Below are positions 13,521 through 29,170 of a DNA stretch of 64,000 nt, in pieces. Position numbers and translations under genes: made by a program. The stretch is taken from assembly GCA_002104945.1 (NCBI GenBank), contig MCFH01000019.1:558001-622000 (forward strand), given 5' to 3'. The notes under the pieces were generated by a model, which did not search any database, had not been told where the DNA came from, and saw only the letters and a list, made by a program, of their open reading frames with translations. The DNA comes from Piromyces finnis finn. Its lineage: Eukaryota; Fungi; Neocallimastigomycota. Position 1 is the stretch's first letter. Every line of letters begins with the position of its first letter.

Positions 13521-14529
13521 TTATTATTATTATTATTAGTATTAGTATTATTATTCTAATTATTATTATTATTATGATAATGATGTAGGATGACATAATA
13601 TTATGATAACGGTAGTGGATGTGTTCACTATTGCATGTCATGATAATAATTAATATTTTCTCATTTTTAATAGAAACATGGATAAATATGGAATGAATAT
13701 GAACGGAATTAATTCATAGTATGCTAAAATAAAAAATAAAAGACTATAAAATGATAAACAGCCACTACTACTATTAACTACTATTAGTATATATTAAAAT
13801 GAAATTAAAAAAAGTTTGAAATAAAGAATACTGCCTTTTTTTTTTTCTTACTTTTATTTGGTTTTAATATTTTTAGGCCTAGCCAATTTTAATATATTTA
13901 AAGTTTTTTTTTAAAAAAAAAAAAAAGTAAAATGAATAGAATGCTCGTTTGCTGGTGAAAAAGAATGGAATGAAGGTACAGAGTAGCATTAGATTAAAAA
14001 GGGTGGGCATGATAAAAATTCATTTTATTTAAATGTTTTTTTAATAAAATCTTTTTTTTTTTTTTAATATTTTCTTTATTTTGTTGTTGTTATTGCTATT
14101 ATTAATGGTCATTATAGTAATGACTCTTTAAAACAATAACAGTAGGTATAGGTATACAGAAATGAAAATGATGTCCTAATTCCTAATCACAATTATTTTT
14201 TTGTATAGAAAAATCTATAAACAAATAAATATTTTTTTATTAATTAATAAACTTTAATTATTATAAAAATTTTATTAAACTTTTTTTTTTTAGTGTTACT
14301 ATTGTTATTGTTGTTATTACTATTGTTATTATTATTGTTGTTGTTGGTATTGTGGGTAGGTAGAGTGGAAAATGTTTATAGAAAGATGAAGAAGAAGAAA
14401 ATCCACAAATCATAGTAACTTTTTTAGAAAAAATGAAAAAGTATTTTTTATAAATAAAAGCAGGGATGTCTGAAGTATTATAATCATTATTATTAGAATT
14501 ATAGTATTTTAGTAGTGGTAGTATTATAG

Positions 14530-14566
14530 TATTAGTAGTAGTAGTAGAGTAATAGTAGTAGAGCAA

Positions 14567-14602
<36 letters not shown>
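14530..14602. repeat. (TAG)n microsatellite, imperfect
   Basis: Run of agtagtagt read directly. Confidence 0.85.
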
Positions 14603-17337
14603 CATTACAAAACACTATTTAAATACAAAAACTAATGCTTCTATCCTACTAACAATAAAACAAAAAAAAAACCCACTTTTCCTTTTTTTTAAAAAAAGTT
14701 TATTTATTATAATTTTTGTGGGTGGATTAGATTATTATTAGAGCATATACATATGTCATTAGCTAGAATCATATTAACATTAATACCATCAACAACAATA
14801 TCCATTCTAACACTATGTACAACGATATCAACAACCTTAACAATAATAAAATTAATAGGCATTAATAAAATAGTATCTTTTCCTTTTTATGTACTTTTTT
14901 TTCATCCCAAAGTTGATTATTTTTTTTTTATTAAAAAATAATAATAAATAAAGTTTAATAATGTTATTAAATCAAAATTTATTTAAATGTTTATCTAAAA
15001 AGTATATTGAAATAAGCATAAAAAAAATAATACTAATTCTAATAATACTAATAATAAAACTAATAAAAGAAAAGAGTATTGTATTAAAAATGGAAAAAGG
15101 AACAGGTGCATGCTTTATTTTTATTCATGACTTTTATTTATCAAAAAAAAAAAAAAAAAGTGGACTATTTTCATGTTCAAGTCCTAATCCTTTACCTACT
15201 TTTAATTAATTTTATTTCAGGTGTACTTTCTACCAAAAAAGTTTTTAATTAAAAAAAAGTGGATTCATTTGATGTTGATAATTTAATTTTATAGTAACGC
15301 GCTATTGATAATGTATAGCATGACTCTAATTCTTATATTAGTTTAGTATATCATTGTTTAATAATAGGAAAATTTAAAGAACCACTTGAAATGTAAAAAA
15401 AGGACAAAAATGGAATAGGAAAGACAACGACAACAACAACAACATTAGCAAAAGTAGTAATTATTATGATTATGATTTCAAAGGATAAAAGTAATACTTT
15501 GGAATTTATATTCTTTAATGTCTAAAAGAAAGAGGAATACATTTTTTCTTTCCCAACAGTTTTATTATTAATTTCCTAATGAATTAAATGTTAATGAGCA
15601 AAAAAAAAAAAAAAAAAAACCTTTTTTTCTGATAAAAAGAAAGAAGTGAAATGAGGTAAATGTAAATTTCAAAGATACTTTTTTTGGTACATTAAAATGA
15701 TGATTTATGATGATGATACAATTCTCTTTTTTACTTTCCCATCTTCTTTTATTTTTTTTTATTAAAATTCTCCTTTATTCTTTTCAAGGATTTTTTTTTT
15801 TTTTTCATAATTTAACATTTAAATGATAGAAAATTGGAGGTGGTCAAAAAAAAAAAAACATTTTTTTTGTATCCTTTATTCAATTAAAAAAAAAAAAAAA
15901 ACACTTTTGAAATCATCAAAAAAGTATTCTTTGAAAATAAAAAAGTAAGAAAAAATTCAGAGTCTTTTCTTTCTCTTCTTTCTTTCTACACTAACAAAAT
16001 AAAAAAACCACCTTCTTTTTATAATAAAGGACGATCAAATTTAAAATTTAATTAAATCAACGGCAAATTTTGTTTCAAAAAATTGTTTTATGTTTTACAA
16101 AAAATAATAAATAAAAATTCATTTTTTAATTATAATAATAAGCAACCCTATCCACATTGGCCTACCACCATGCCATGCCATGCATAGAATCTATCATTCA
16201 ATAAAAAAGAAACTAATACTTTTTTTTAATTGGTTAAAAAAAAAAACTTTTTTTACTTTAAATCCTCATCACTAAAAAAAAAATTACTGGCCTTTGGGTT
16301 GGAGGATTTAAAAAAAAAAAAAAATTCCATCTTTGTTCAAAAGCATATGAATTTTTCTTTTTTTTTTTTAATATAAAAAAAAATTTTTTTTTTGTTGGCT
16401 GATTGACTGGCTGACTGGTGAAATAAAGCAAATTTATACCAAATTTAGTGGTGGTGTCAACAATACTATATTAATTTTAATTACATATATTAACATTCAA
16501 TTCCTTAATAAATAAAAAAAATTTGAACCAATAAGAATGGAATGAGTCAAGATATTATTTTTATTAATAAATAAAGTTTAAATTTTTATTTAGAAAAATG
16601 TCCACCAAAATCATAATCATGATGATGAAAAGAATTGAAGGATGACTAAAACTATTTATATAGATTAATACTATTTTCTTTTTATCTACTAAAAGGAATG
16701 CTAATCCATATGAATGGTAGTAGTTATCATGGTTGAAATGCCTAGTTGTAATTTAGGAAAAGGAAAAAAAAAATAGCATCCATCATTTAAAATTTCCACT
16801 TTGTGGTGGAATGGAATCTAATATATTTCTTTCTTATATTATTTTTATTAAAAGAACAAATTAATTTAATTCATTTGAGTTGATTACCTTGTATGGAAAG
16901 TATTAAATTAAAAAATAAAACAAAATGAACCTATAATAAAATATAGGATTAATATTATAGAAAAATAAAAGATGGTGGTGGAAAGGAAATTGAAGCAAGG
17001 AAAAAAAAAAAGTCTAAAAAGAGAAAAGTGGAAAGTTTTCAAGGAAGAAAGTAAGCAAGATATTTATAGCTATCTAGGTTAAAATAAATTCTTTAACCAT
17101 TTTTCATTTCTAGTATAAAACTATTTTTTTTTTTAAAAAAAAAAGAGATTCATGATAGTAGGGGTGAATAAAAATAGTTTAAAGAATTTTTTTTTTTTTT
17201 ACTTTGGTTGATTTTTTTTAAGATAAAAAAAAATAAAATACAAAATACCAAATAAAAATTGGCATGTTAGGTTGGTATGAGTAGGTAGAAAGAGAAATAG
17301 AATATTTAATAAAGGCAATTTTTTTCCTCAACTAAAC

Positions 17338-17510
17338 TATGTTGCTGTTATTATTATTATTATTACTATTGTTGTCGTTATGTTGCTGTTGTTGTTATTA
17401 TTATTACTATTGTTGTCGTTATGTTGCTGTCGTTGTTATTATTATTACTATTGTTGTCGTTATGTTGCTGTTATTATTATTATTATTACTATTGTTGTCG
17501 TTATGTTGTT
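17338..17510. repeat. 41-bp minisatellite, about 4 copies
   Basis: Unit tatgttgctgttattattattattattactattgttgtcgt repeated with small changes; it accounts for ORFs 17339 and 17380. Confidence 0.9.
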
Positions 17511-20500
17511 GTTGTCATTTTATTGTCATGCTATTCATGCTAAGCATTTTTTATTATTGAATAAAGTTTTTAATTTTTTATTCGTTTCTATTTAGATTCA
17601 TGGATGAATAAATAAAAAAAAATTCAAAACATTTTTGTTATTGGTGCAACTTTTTTTTGGATTATCAATCCTTCCATTATCATAAACAAATTATTCATTC
17701 ATTCAGGTATAATAAAATAGATACATGCATGCCTATTTTCATTATTTTATTATTTTCTCTCTTTTCTTTTAAATACATAATATAAAAGAGGATGATTTTA
17801 TAGGTTCAGTTGGCAAGATATTAAAAAAAAAAGGTCACTTTTTTTATTTTTTAAACAAATGTATACATTTAATTACAATTACATAAATGTAGAAGCAATT
17901 CTTTTTTGGTGGATTAACAAATTAACATTGATCAAGGTTAAAAAAAAAAAGGCTAAATTTAAAACTCTTAATAAAAATAATATATTACATCTTATATTAG
18001 AATATATTAAAAATAAAATTTAATTTATTAATTTTATTCATAAATTAAAAAATATAGGGTTACACACATTATTTAAAATTATATTTTTTAAATTAATGTA
18101 CAATAATGTATTATTTGATAAATATTTATTAGTATTATTAATATCATTGTTACTTACCATTATTATTATCTTTTATTATTACTCTAATGATTATTAGTAT
18201 TGTATTATTATTAATAGCATTAATATCATTATTCTATTGATAAATACTTTTTTTTTTATCCTTGTTGTTTATTGGAAATAGAGTAATCATTTCAATAAAA
18301 TGTTTTATTCCAGTAAAAAAAAAAAAACATTTCAACTTTTTTGGCATTAATTTAATTTGTACTACCGTCCTCTTTTACTCAATTTTTAATTGTAAAATGA
18401 AAAAAAAAAAAAAAAATTCAAAGCCTTTTTTTTTAAAAAAAAAACACGTCACTATCAATAATGGAAAGTGACATTTTTAATAATAAACAGTAGACATTTA
18501 AAAATATTAAAAAAATAAAAAATACACTAGTAAACACTTGAAGAAACAAATCAATGATGAATTGCACTATTTTTTTTTTTTTTATTTTACCAGTTGAGAA
18601 AATTAAAAAAATAAATTGATAATTATAATTATTAAATATCTCACATTCCATAACAAATGAATCATGGTTAAAAATACATATACTTTTAATTTCTCATACC
18701 TATTTTCTTATCCTTTCTCATCATGAATAAAGACATATTACGTAGTATTAATGGATAAAGTACTTTGTATACTTTGTAATTGAAATGAATTATTATTATT
18801 ATTACCTTTTTTCTTTTTTCCTTTTGAATCCTTACCATCATCATCATAAAAAAAATGTTTTTTTTTTTATTATTTTTCTGTCATTTTTTATTTTATTTTT
18901 AATTTTCCACTTTTGAATCTGCCGATCATTTATTTAGTTTATTATAAATATACTTTTTTAATTTTATTAGAAAAATTTTTTTATTAAATATTTATGAATT
19001 ATTTTTTTAATTCATTGATATTCTTTTTCTATTTTGCCAGCAACTTAAAAAGATAGATTAAAAAAGAAAATAAAAGGAAAGACTTTAATCAAAAAATTAT
19101 TATATAATAAGTAATAATAGTAAACAATGAATATATACCTTTATATTTTTAATTCTTTTATTTAGAAAAAAAGAATAGGTGTCACCTACTTCATTTAGCC
19201 AAATTTTTATTTTAGTTTATCTTTTTGATAACTACTGGAGCATCAATCTGCAATACTAGTATTATCTTTTTATTATTAATAATAAAAGAATCATCATAAT
19301 TTTGACTTTGCCTTTTTTTTATTCTTTGTTTCACCTTTTAATATTGGTAAAGTCTATTGTAATATATAGGTCGAATATATTTTTAAAACATCCTTTTCCT
19401 AAAAAAGAAATGATTAAAATAATAGTGACGTGACACAACATAGAAAAAAGTATCCATTAAAATTAAACTTTTTTATTTATTATTTAATCTATCACTTAAT
19501 AATGAATTGGAATATAAAAGTAAAATTAGGTTGTTTTCTATGTTTTTAATGTAAATTTAGGTAAAGTAAAATTAGGTTATTTCCTCTGTCATTAATGTAA
19601 ATTTTATTTAAAAAAGAAAAAGTAGGTAAATAAATTATATATAATAGGTATAATAAATTAATAGAGAATGTATATAAACTAAATAAAATCCATCCTTTCC
19701 TAGAAATCATTGAAATTAACCTTTCTATTTTTTATTTCTTCTATATGATCTTAATTTATATCATTATTGGTTATGAAATGACTTTAACTACAATTTAATT
19801 TGTTCTTTTTCCAAATTCATTTGAATTGTTTTAAAGTTGCGGCCGTGTAACATCAATATAAAATTTAATTTATATTTAATTTAATTAATCATTGTATATT
19901 CTATTTTAACCCTATGAAATTTAGAGTTATCAAATAAATTTTAATTTATTAATAATAAAATATATTTTTTTTTTGATAAGAAAATAGGCTAATTTTATTT
20001 TATCCTTTTTTTTTTAAAGTGCCTGGTTATTGAGTTCTGCTCTACAAATTGTAGTAAAATATGACACAGAGACTGTATAATAAATGGTAGATGCGTAATT
20101 ATTTGTATTTATTTTTTTTTTTTTGTATGTTGGTGTGATAAGACTTGAAGGTTTTTTTGTTAATTTCTATTTCAAAATCTAAAAAATTTAAAAATGTCTA
20201 GTGGTATTGCCTTTCTAGTGGGTAATGCTTTTTGGGTGGTGTGGTAGCCAAAAATTTGTAACTTTCAACAATAATTAATTTATTCTTAAAAAAATTTTTT
20301 TTAATTCAAATTTTAGTATTTGAAAAAAAGTTAAAAAAAGTATGGTAAATAAGCTTGATTTGCTTTTATTTTTCTATAAAAATAAAGATCATTTCATGTG
20401 GATTGCTTTATGGTATAGTTTTTTTTTTTTATTTCATCTTACACCTTTAAAAAGATAAATTGAAGAAGAAAAAAAGACAATTTTTAATCATCATCTTTTT

Positions 20501-21489
20501 ATTTTAAATTAAAAAATTAAAGCAAAAAAAATTAATAGAATTTTTTTTTAATGTTGAAATAAGATTAATAAATATAATTTTATTCTCTTTTGAAATAAAA
20601 AAAATAAAAAAAAACTACTTTAAACTGTTTATTTTCTTATTCTAACTATTAATATAGTTTTTTTTTTTTTTTTTTATAATTATTGTAATACTGTTTTTGC
20701 CTTATGAATAATAAGGTCATCTTGAAAAAGAAAAAAAATTTTCCACTTTTGTCAAATTAATTTATTGTTCAATAATAAACCTTATTTTATACTAAATTTT
20801 ACTTTTTTATTTAATAATAAAAAAGGCTTTTAAAAATATTTTATATTAAAAAATTTTAAATGATAAAATGTAGTTATTTTATAATTAAAATTTGACATTT
20901 TTATTAATATAAATAAATTTAAAAAGAGGCTGATAATTTATAGTGATAAAATAATGTAGCATTCTATATAATTTTCTATCGTTCCTCCAAAAGGATAAAA
21001 GCTACCTTTTCAACTAAAGAAAGAACAGTGGTTCCATTAATATTCAAATCTTTAATGTATCTTTAATTTCTTATTTCATCCTCTTGGAGTATCCTTAAAT
21101 TTTCCCAATTTCTTTTTTCTCTTTCTTTTTTTTTTTTTTAATGGTGATCCATTTGACTAGGAAGAAAAATAAAAAAAAAATTAAAATTTCCTACTAAAAT
21201 TTGTAGCGGTTTTTTTTTTTTTTTTTTGTCATAATAACTCAAACAAACAAACAACCAAAAAAAAAAAAAAAAAAAAAAAAAAACCAAAGCTGAATCAATA
21301 AAAACAAACATTCCCTACTAAAATAATTAATTTTTTCCATTTTAAATAGTTTAAATAACCAACCAAAGAAAAAAAAGGTACAGATTTTAATTATTTATGC
21401 TTATTCCTACCAACTAATAATGCTTTGTATTTAATCCTTTTTTTTATTCTTTATTATAAAATAATTATCATCATCATCATCATTGTTAT

Positions 21490-21590
21490 TACTATTATTA
21501 TTATTAAATATTATTATTAAATATTATTAAATGTTATTATTAAATATTATTAAATGTTATTTATTATATAATGTCTATTATTATACCTTA

Positions 21591-21681
<91 letters not shown>

Positions 21682-21752
21682 TTATTATTATTATTATTAT
21701 TATTCTAATTATTATTATTATTATTCTAATTATTATTATTATTATTATTATT
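21490..21752. repeat. Compound repeat: 13-bp TATTATTATTAAA units followed by long (ATT)n
   Basis: Direct reading; accounts for the poly-Ile ORF 21531. Confidence 0.9.
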
Positions 21753-22977
21753 CTATACACTACTTAGTTCTTCCTTTTTATTATTTCTTTTAGCCCTTTT
21801 TTTCACCTTACTATCCTTACTACCCTTCCCAAAAATAGGTTCAATCGTTAACAAAAAATGTCCTAAAAATGTACATGAATTTTATTACATTTTTTAAATT
21901 ATTCTATTGAATTTATAATATATTAATAACATATTATAAATAGAAAATCAATTAATTTAATTAAAGTAATTAAATTTTTCATTTTCATTAAAATTAATAA
22001 ATTAAAAAATTAATTTTTATTAATAAAGAATCAATATAATGAATAAATGAATAAATAATAAAATAAATCAATTCATTAAATAAATATAAATGAATGAATA
22101 CATAATAAAATAAATAAAAAGTACATTTCTCATCCAAAAGATGTGATAAAGCAAGTGATTACCTATATCTGATAAAAGTATATATATATAAAAAAAAAGA
22201 GGAATGCATTTATTAATACTAATACTACTATTACTAATAATAATGTCACTATGATAAATAATGAATTATTTTATTTTTTAATGTTATCCTGATGTTTTTT
22301 TTTTTTCCAGTACGTTCTATATATATAATATTTTTTTTTCTTGGTTAATTTTCAGGTTTTTTTTTTTTTTTTTTTTAATTAAAATTGATGTTGCGGCGGT
22401 AGGTTTTTCCTTTTAAAGCTTTTTTTTTTCAATAGAAAATTAAAATAGAAAAGAAAAATAGAAAAGGAGAAGAAAAAAAAAAAAGGGAGAAATTTAACCA
22501 AAAAAAAAAAAAAAAAATTCAAAATGGATGGTGATAATCTTTTTTAGTTGAAATAACGACAACAAGAAATTTCAATCAACAAGAACAACAAGAACAAGAG
22601 ATAGTGGAATAGAAACCACACTAAAATAATATTCATTTAATTGATCCATTCATTTTCTTTTCTTTTTTATTTACTATTTTTCTTTTTCATTAAAACATTT
22701 AAAATTCTTTATCCTTTTTTTTTTTTTATCATTCTATAGTAGAAATCATAGGCTATAAAAAATAGTTATATCTATGACTATAGCCATACCTATTAAATAC
22801 TATTTTATTATTTTTATTAGTAAATAAAAAAATCCTATTTAATTGATAAACTATTTTTATTTATTTAAAAAGGTTAGGGGAATTAATAAATAAAATTTTT
22901 TTTTAGGTAGAAGGATCATTTTACTCTGTAGTAATAAAGATAAAAAAAAGAAAGAATTAAACGGATAATAATAGTAG

Positions 22978-22990
22978 AAACAACAACAAC

Positions 22991-23067
<77 letters not shown>

Positions 23068-23079
23068 GAATAATAAAAA

Positions 23080-23112
<33 letters not shown>

Positions 23113-23120
23113 TAATAATA
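22978..23120. repeat. (AAC)n(AAT)n microsatellite
   Basis: Direct reading. Confidence 0.9.
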
Positions 23121-25139
23121 AGAAATAGACTAAGTTTTATCTTTCAATGTTTATAATAGCCAAGTAGAGGGTAGATGAAATTTATATACCTATGGGTATA
23201 TATAGATAGTTAGACCTATATATTCTACTTAACAATGTTAATATCTATTGGACAAAGGTAGTGGATGTATTTCTATAGTAAGTTTATAAAATGAATTAAA
23301 ATTTTGAATGTCTTTTCTAATTAAAAACTCATTAAAGAAGAAAAGTGTGGTAATTGTAGTTTTGATTGTGGTAGTTGTAGTGGTGGTTATAAAATAAATT
23401 ATAAATAGATAACCCATTTTTAATAAATAATATTTAACTTGCTATTGTTTTATCATCATCATCATTGTTTAATCATTACTATTATTATTACTATGAAATA
23501 TGATGAATTAAATAATCGTATATATAATAATTAAGATTTAGTATTATTTATATGGTATAAAATATAAATATTTATAAATATTTATTTATTCTATAATTAT
23601 TATAATATTAATAATATAAATAATATAAACCACATTAATTATTTATTTATTAAAATTTTAATTTTTAAAAAAGAATGTGACTTTTTTTATTACTATCTTG
23701 TACAACCAAAAAATATTATAAAAAAATTAGCCGATTTCTTTATGGTAGTACAAAAAGTGCTTATTTTTTTTAACCTTAATTTTGTAATACATTTGTATCA
23801 CCATAAAGGTTTAACCTAAAAAAAAAAACTTTCTGCCATTTTTTTAAAAGAAAAAAAAGGTTAGGCCAAGAACATCCAAAAAAAAAAAATAAACCAATTT
23901 ATGATACAGTAAGAAAAGTGGTAAAAAGATTTTTTATCATCCACCATAAAATCTTTTGATTTATTGAAAGAAATTAAGAAATAGAATTTTTTATTATTAA
24001 AAAGATTGTGTATGAAGTGTGAAGAAGTGTGTGTAGAGAAATACCTTTTTATAAGCATTCTTATATAACCAATATGGTAAATAAATAAATAAATAAATGA
24101 TAGATAGAATTAATGATTTTTTATTATTTCCTTAGAGGAAAAAAAAAATTTTTTTTCTTTCCCGACTACCGCCTTGATCCTATTTACGAAAAAATAGTTT
24201 TTCTTTTAAAAACAAACTTTCCATAATAATTTCTTTCTTTTTAAACAAGAAATAGAAATGGAAATATACGTTGTTCTTTCTTCTTATTATAATTATTTAG
24301 GTAGTTAGGTAGTTATAAATATATATATTTTTATTATTGATAATTTATCAACTTATAGTTATATAGGTGTAGTATGTTACTATTGAAAAAAAAATATAGA
24401 GTATTTTGGGAAAAGGAATGAAGAAAAGATAAAGGACAAATTTCTTTTTTTCAATTCCCAATTCTTCTTTTAATCTTTTAATAACATATATATATTTGTT
24501 TGTATTTTTAAATTATGTAAAACTCTAATGGACTTTATGTCGACTATAAATGGCTTTCTTATTCATTCATGAGAATAATGGGTTACACTGTTTTATCACT
24601 ATATTAAAATAAAAAAAAAATAATATTTAATAAATATATATATATTGTTTTATTTTATTTTAAACTATTATAAATAAAACAATTATACATGTATTTATTA
24701 AATGCTATTTTTTTTTATCTTAATAAAGAATCAATTTAAAAGATTTATTATGATTATAGTTTATTATTTATTTATTTATTTATTTGTTATTTTTTTTATT
24801 AAATTGTAAGGTTGTAACCATTATTATTATTAGTTTTTTTTTTAAAAATTAAGAAGATAATTGACCTTGTATCAAGGCTAAAAAAAAAATAGAATTCTTT
24901 TTAAAATTCTATATGAAAAATTAAAAATTAATCAAAGGGATCATTTTATCCTTTATATATGACATTCTCAAAAGGATAGTATGATGTGTGCTTTCCTTTT
25001 AAATACCTTTTTTTGTTAATTGAAACACCTAAATTTTATAAAAGATTTGATGATAGAGCTTTAGTATATTTTTAACAAATTACATTTTAATATACTATTA
25101 TACTATTCTATTTTATTATACCTATATTAATATTCAATA

Positions 25140-25310
25140 TAAAATACAAAATAAGTAAAACTAATATAATACTAATCTAAATAATCTAAATAAATAATAA
25201 AATAATAAAACTAAACTAAAACTAATTAAATGCTCTTTTGATTCAATTTGAATAAACTGCATTTTTGAGTACTGTTCATACATTACTTATATATTAATTA
25301 AATATTGTAA
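25140..25310 (-). mobile_element. Fragment of LTR family X
   Basis: aaataataaaactaaactaaaactaattaaat...ttttgattcaatttga...aaactgca matches 50885-50955 and the reverse complement of 32440-32500. Confidence 0.65.
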
Positions 25311-28300
25311 AAGTATAAAGTTAAAACAGATTTTATACTCAAAACAAAACAATTTTTATATACACAAAAATAAAAAAAATAAAACATTAACTTTTTATTT
25401 AAATAAAAAAACATTTTATTAAATTCATGGTTTGTGTAAATTTAAAATTGATGGATTAATTGTAATAAAATATTAAAAGTAAATTCAAAGATAACAATCA
25501 GTTCAACTTTATTAACCAACAAAGATATTATTCCAATATCTCGTTCACCCTCTTCTTTTAATCTTAAGTCTGTGATAAAATTTATATTAAATATATCACA
25601 CAGGCAATTATAAAATTATAAAGGAAATAGCCTTTTCGGAGTATTAATTGTTTTTTTATTAATATACAGAATTTAAATCAAATGGAACTAACTTTTCACA
25701 GGCTAGTATTAAGCAATCAAATATAACAAAATTTTTAGTAATAAAAATTTTTATAAATAAATTAACATTCATTAATAATAGTAGGAAAACTTCATTCAAT
25801 AATGGTATTAATATCACTACAATCTTTTTTTTATAATCTTGTTTTTAAAGAAACAAAAGTGGTATCAAACTCAACAAGTTAATAACTATTTAATTAACAA
25901 ATTCATTATTTTAAGACATTTTTAAAACACTTTTAACATATTTATAATCCATTTTTATATTAAGATATTATCAATTTATCAATATATGGTATTACAAAAT
26001 TATTTCTTTTAAAATTTTAACATATTCTAAATGTTCTCATACATTAAATTATCATCAATAAGACATCACAAAATTATTATAAACATATGCATAATGTTGT
26101 ACTAAATATTATTAATTATAAAGTAATTAAAGTACTTCATCAAAAGCATCACTTACAAAGTATTGAAACAGAACAGATACATTTTTAAATAAAAGGTATG
26201 ACAATATATTAAAAAATGCCATATAAAGTTTAAAGCAATTTTAAATTTATTACCTTATTTAATTCATCCTAAATTATAGGTATGTTTTAAATTTAGCTTA
26301 GAAATATATTTCACCCCATTTATTCTATTTATTGATTAAAGGAAGGAGATATGAATTTCTATAGTTATATCATTTAATTTCCAAAAAAAAATCAATATAT
26401 AGCAACTATAGTGATCAATCTCTTTATACTTTCATTAAAAACAAAAAGAGTGGTATAACAAATTAAAACCATCTTTTAACTTTTCACTAGTATGGTAACT
26501 TATGATAATTATTCTCATTAAACCCATCTATAATATAAAATTGCAGAAATGTTACAATCATTTTTCTTTATTAAATTCATTTCATTAAGTACATAAAAAT
26601 AAAAAATTTTCATTTATTAAAACTCTTTTAATTATTATAATTATTATACTAATTATATTTGTTTTATTTATTATATTTATTACATTTATTATATTTGTTT
26701 TATTTATTATATTTATTACATTTATTGTATTTATTATCTATTCTATTTACTACAATTATTTTTTTTAAATTATTATTACTAATACTAACTATTATACTTA
26801 GGACTATTACTAAAATTATTTCTAAAATAATTTTTTTTATTATAGCTATTTCTTATTCTACTCTACAAAACTAATATATTACAATTATATTTATTTTTTA
26901 AACCGCATTTATTATAATCAAAATTATTTAGATAAAATTATTTTACATAGGACAAATGTACTTATATTTTATTATAATCCACCATAATTCAATAATTCAT
27001 TAGTTTTCTTTTTAAACTATTGGAATTTTCAAATTCATTACTTTCATTAACATATCTAACTTAACAGATTTAATTTGAATAAATTAATATAGATTGAATA
27101 ATTATTAAGTATTTTATTTAACTTATTAATTTTTCAATCAAAACTACTATATTAATTTATACAAGTTAAATCTTTTAAATATAAAATTTTATTTCTTAAT
27201 AAATATATATATTTATTAACTAGATATACAATTACTTCTTTATAATAAAATCAAATCAATAAGTTTATGAATTTATTCTAAAATTATAAGAAATTCTTTT
27301 ATTTAATCAATTTATTTTAATTTATAAAAAAAAAAACATATAACTTATTTAACAACTAAATTTATAATGACTTCTTAATATTGAATTCAAATTAAACTTT
27401 ATGAATTTATTCTAGATATTAGAAATCATTTATTTAATCAATTATTCAATTCAAATTATTTTAATTATTTATTCTTAATCATTTATTTAATAAACTATTC
27501 CATTCAAATTATTTTAATTTACTAAATATTAAACATATAATTTTTTAAAGAACTAAATTTGTATTGATTTTTGACAATAAATTCAAATTATTAAGATCTT
27601 TCTATTTAGTCAAATATTCAGTTAGATAAAATATAAATTTTTTATAAAAGAAGTCGACCTGACTCTATCCTATAAAAAAGGTGTCATCGAGCTCTTTATT
27701 TAGTGTAAAATTAAATTAGTTTAATAGTAATTATAAATATTAAATCACTTTCTAATTTCTTTATTAAATTATAAATTTCAAAATTTACAAATTAATTCAA
27801 TTTATAGTATTTTCAATTTAATTTATTATATACTGTTTCCAAAAAAGATGTCGATCTGACACCGTCCTCTAAAAAGTTGTCAACATGATCTTATTATAGT
27901 ATAGAATAATTTATTTATTTAACTAACATTAAAATATATTCCTTTTTATTTTATCGTAAAGTTCTAATTCATTTCTTAAGTAAAGTGAAGATTTGTTGGA
28001 TACACATATTAAACTTGATTAATAATATAATTCCCCCTAGATATAGTAAATATTATAAAAGAAATTAACAATATTAGCTTTAATATCATTCCATAATGGC
28101 TGTATTGATAGATGATTTTTAATTATTCAATTAAAAGAGAAGTAATTATAATTGAAGAGTTAGAATAAATATATCTAATATTAGTATTAGCACATTGCCT
28201 GATTTCCCAACATTATGTTACTAAAGAAAATAAACATACAAGATCTGGTTCTTTTCTACTAGAAAAACCATAATTTGCATCATGCTTGTATCCTCAGACT

Positions 28301-29001
28301 CTAACATCGGAATTACTTTCATGAAATATGAAATTTCTATATCATGACCCCTTATTTAATTTATTATATACTACGTCTAAAAGATGTCGCTTAGACAATA
28401 TCCTATCAAATGGCGTCGAGCGAGGTCTTTTATAGAATATAATAAATTTTCAAATTTATTTATTTTATTATAATATTTTAACTTGTTTTTTAATTATATA
28501 TATATGCAATTTAATTTACTATATATCACGTCTAAAAGATGTCTCTCAGACTCTATCCTATCAAATGGTATCGAGCGAGGTCTTTTAATTTTATAATAAA
28601 TTCATTTCAATAAAATAATTTATTCTAATAATTCTAATAAGCGAAATCAACATTTTAATTCACTTATTTCTCAATTTCATTTTAATTAATAAATATCAAA
28701 AATTTAATTTTCGTATTTCTCAATATATTTTAAATAATTCTAAAATTATTATATACCATGTTTAAAAGATGCCGCTTAGACTCTATCCTATCAAACGGTG
28801 TCGAGCGAGGTCTTTTGTAGTATATAATAAATTCATTTCAATAAAATAATTTGTTCCAATAAGTGAAATTAACATTTTAATTCACTTATTCCTCTATATT
28901 TTAAGTAATTCTAATATTTAAGTAACTTTTTCTCAAATTTATTTCTTTTTATATAAATCTTAATTTTCTTGTTTTTTAATTATTTTTTTGGTTTAATTTA
29001 C

Positions 29002-29130
29002 TCTTTTAATTGTATATATCCAATTTAATTTATTTTTAGATTTATTTTATTCTTTTAATTGTATATATCCAATTTAATTTATTTTTAGATTTATTTTATT
29101 CTTTTAATTGTATATATCCAATTTAATTTA
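29002..29130. repeat. 49-bp tandem repeat, about 2.6 copies
   Basis: Unit tcttttaattgtatatatccaatttaatttatttttagatttattttat starts at 29002, 29051 and 29100. Confidence 0.9.
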
Positions 29131-29170
29131 TAATCTATATATAAAAAATGTCGCTTAGACTCTATCCTAT

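Noticed and set aside
25480-26260. Possibly coding-derived stretch (old LINE or other TE)
   Set aside because: No diagnostic motif recoverable by eye.
9691-26874. Short ORFs at 9691, 14261, 14753, 14961, 17339, 17380, 18262, 18433, 21531, 23861 and 26659
   Set aside because: Derived from microsatellites or AT-rich noise.
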